A DNA stretch of 64,000 nt from Callorhinchus milii (Eukaryota), in assembly GCF_018977255.1 (NCBI RefSeq), contig NW_024704743.1, positions 113,152,001-113,216,000 on the forward strand, read 5' to 3'. Shown piece by piece: positions 63,027 to 64,000 of the stretch (position 1 is its first letter; every line of letters begins with the position of its first letter). The notes beneath the pieces were generated by a model. It was not told the origin of the DNA and made no database searches. It worked only from the letters and a program-made list of their open reading frames with translations. The position numbers and the translations under genes were made by a program.

Positions 63027-64000
63027 GTATAAATAATATGAATACACGGCATACTTACTGGCAGAATGTAATTGCTGTATTTGCAAATAATTCTCCCTGT
63101 AAATTGATTATTGTGCAGTTGTGAAATCACATTTGACATTGTGATCACATTGGATCCCATGTATTATCTATCTACTGTTTCTAACAATTCAGTCAGTGCC
63201 ACCAATGCAAAATTAATGCACAATTTCCCTAGGAGTATATACCGGTAATTATGTTATGATTAACAGTTTAAATATAGAAATGGCCTTATGGCAGATGAGT
63301 GAATGGGTTTAATTAGGCAGCAGTTTTCCTGCCTCTTCCCTATAAAGTATTTAATGACACTCTATTTAAAACTCAGTATCTGAAAATTATTGGAACTGAA
63401 ATAGACTGTAATTAAAAATCTAGCCCATTTTCCCATTTGAAACCAGCAACAAAGCCAGTATCAGGAGCCAACAAATGTCAGGCTGTGCACCAAGATAAAT
63501 TTGTGCTTACGACCTTATGCACCAACAGTACAACAAACAATAAGAATTCTTCTGTGTTATATTCCAAGACATTATATGATAAAGATCAATAATTCAATAA
63601 GACCACTGGTGACTGTAAACTAAAGTGGGTCATTCATTTTCCTAACATAGTGTAGGATGTAGCAATAAAGCTTGTACTGGTCATTTATCTGGATAGTTAT
63701 AGATCTACACAAATACAACACTTTAGATTGATTAACTCGGAGCGCCCACAAAGCAAGAATCTGACAATTGTGATATCTGCTCAGTCAATATCTAACCTGT
63801 CAAGTCGCATTTTGTTGCAATGTGAATATTGGGGATTCCCTGCAGTACCACAGTCTGCCAGAGGCAGGGGAAAGCATTGTGCAATCTCTGCTGCGTGCAA
63901 ATTCATCCCTTCCCATGTGGAATCACATCTCTCACAGAGATTGACAGAGAGCCCTCAAAAGGCCACAGCTCCAAATTATGTGGGAGCAATTTCATGACTA

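Overview
Vertebrate genomic DNA, most likely a cartilaginous fish (shark), inferred from its repeat content (tRNA-headed Deu-domain SINEs, L2/CR1 LINEs, Penelope-like ends). Three conserved genes lie in the same order as in human: SBSPON coding exons 2-5 (+), a complete 10-exon TERF1 (-, about 385 aa, no N-terminal acidic domain) and the last coding exon of KCNB2/Kv2.2 (-). The main unexplained signal is between KCNB2 and TERF1 (~50.7-56.9 kb, - strand). There, spliceable but partly decayed exons read in order like a divergent voltage-sensing phosphatase (VSP/TPTE-like: S0-S1-S2-S3, VSD-phosphatase linker, HC..GR remnant). The window also holds two endogenous retroviral elements. One is in SBSPON intron 3 and has a nearly intact gamma-type env split by an L2. 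The other is a two-LTR provirus with a Lys PBS, in sense orientation in TERF1 intron 1, with an RT-like YADD motif unusually placed next to the 3' LTR. All homologies were judged by eye from remembered motifs, without searches. Repeat boundaries are approximate.
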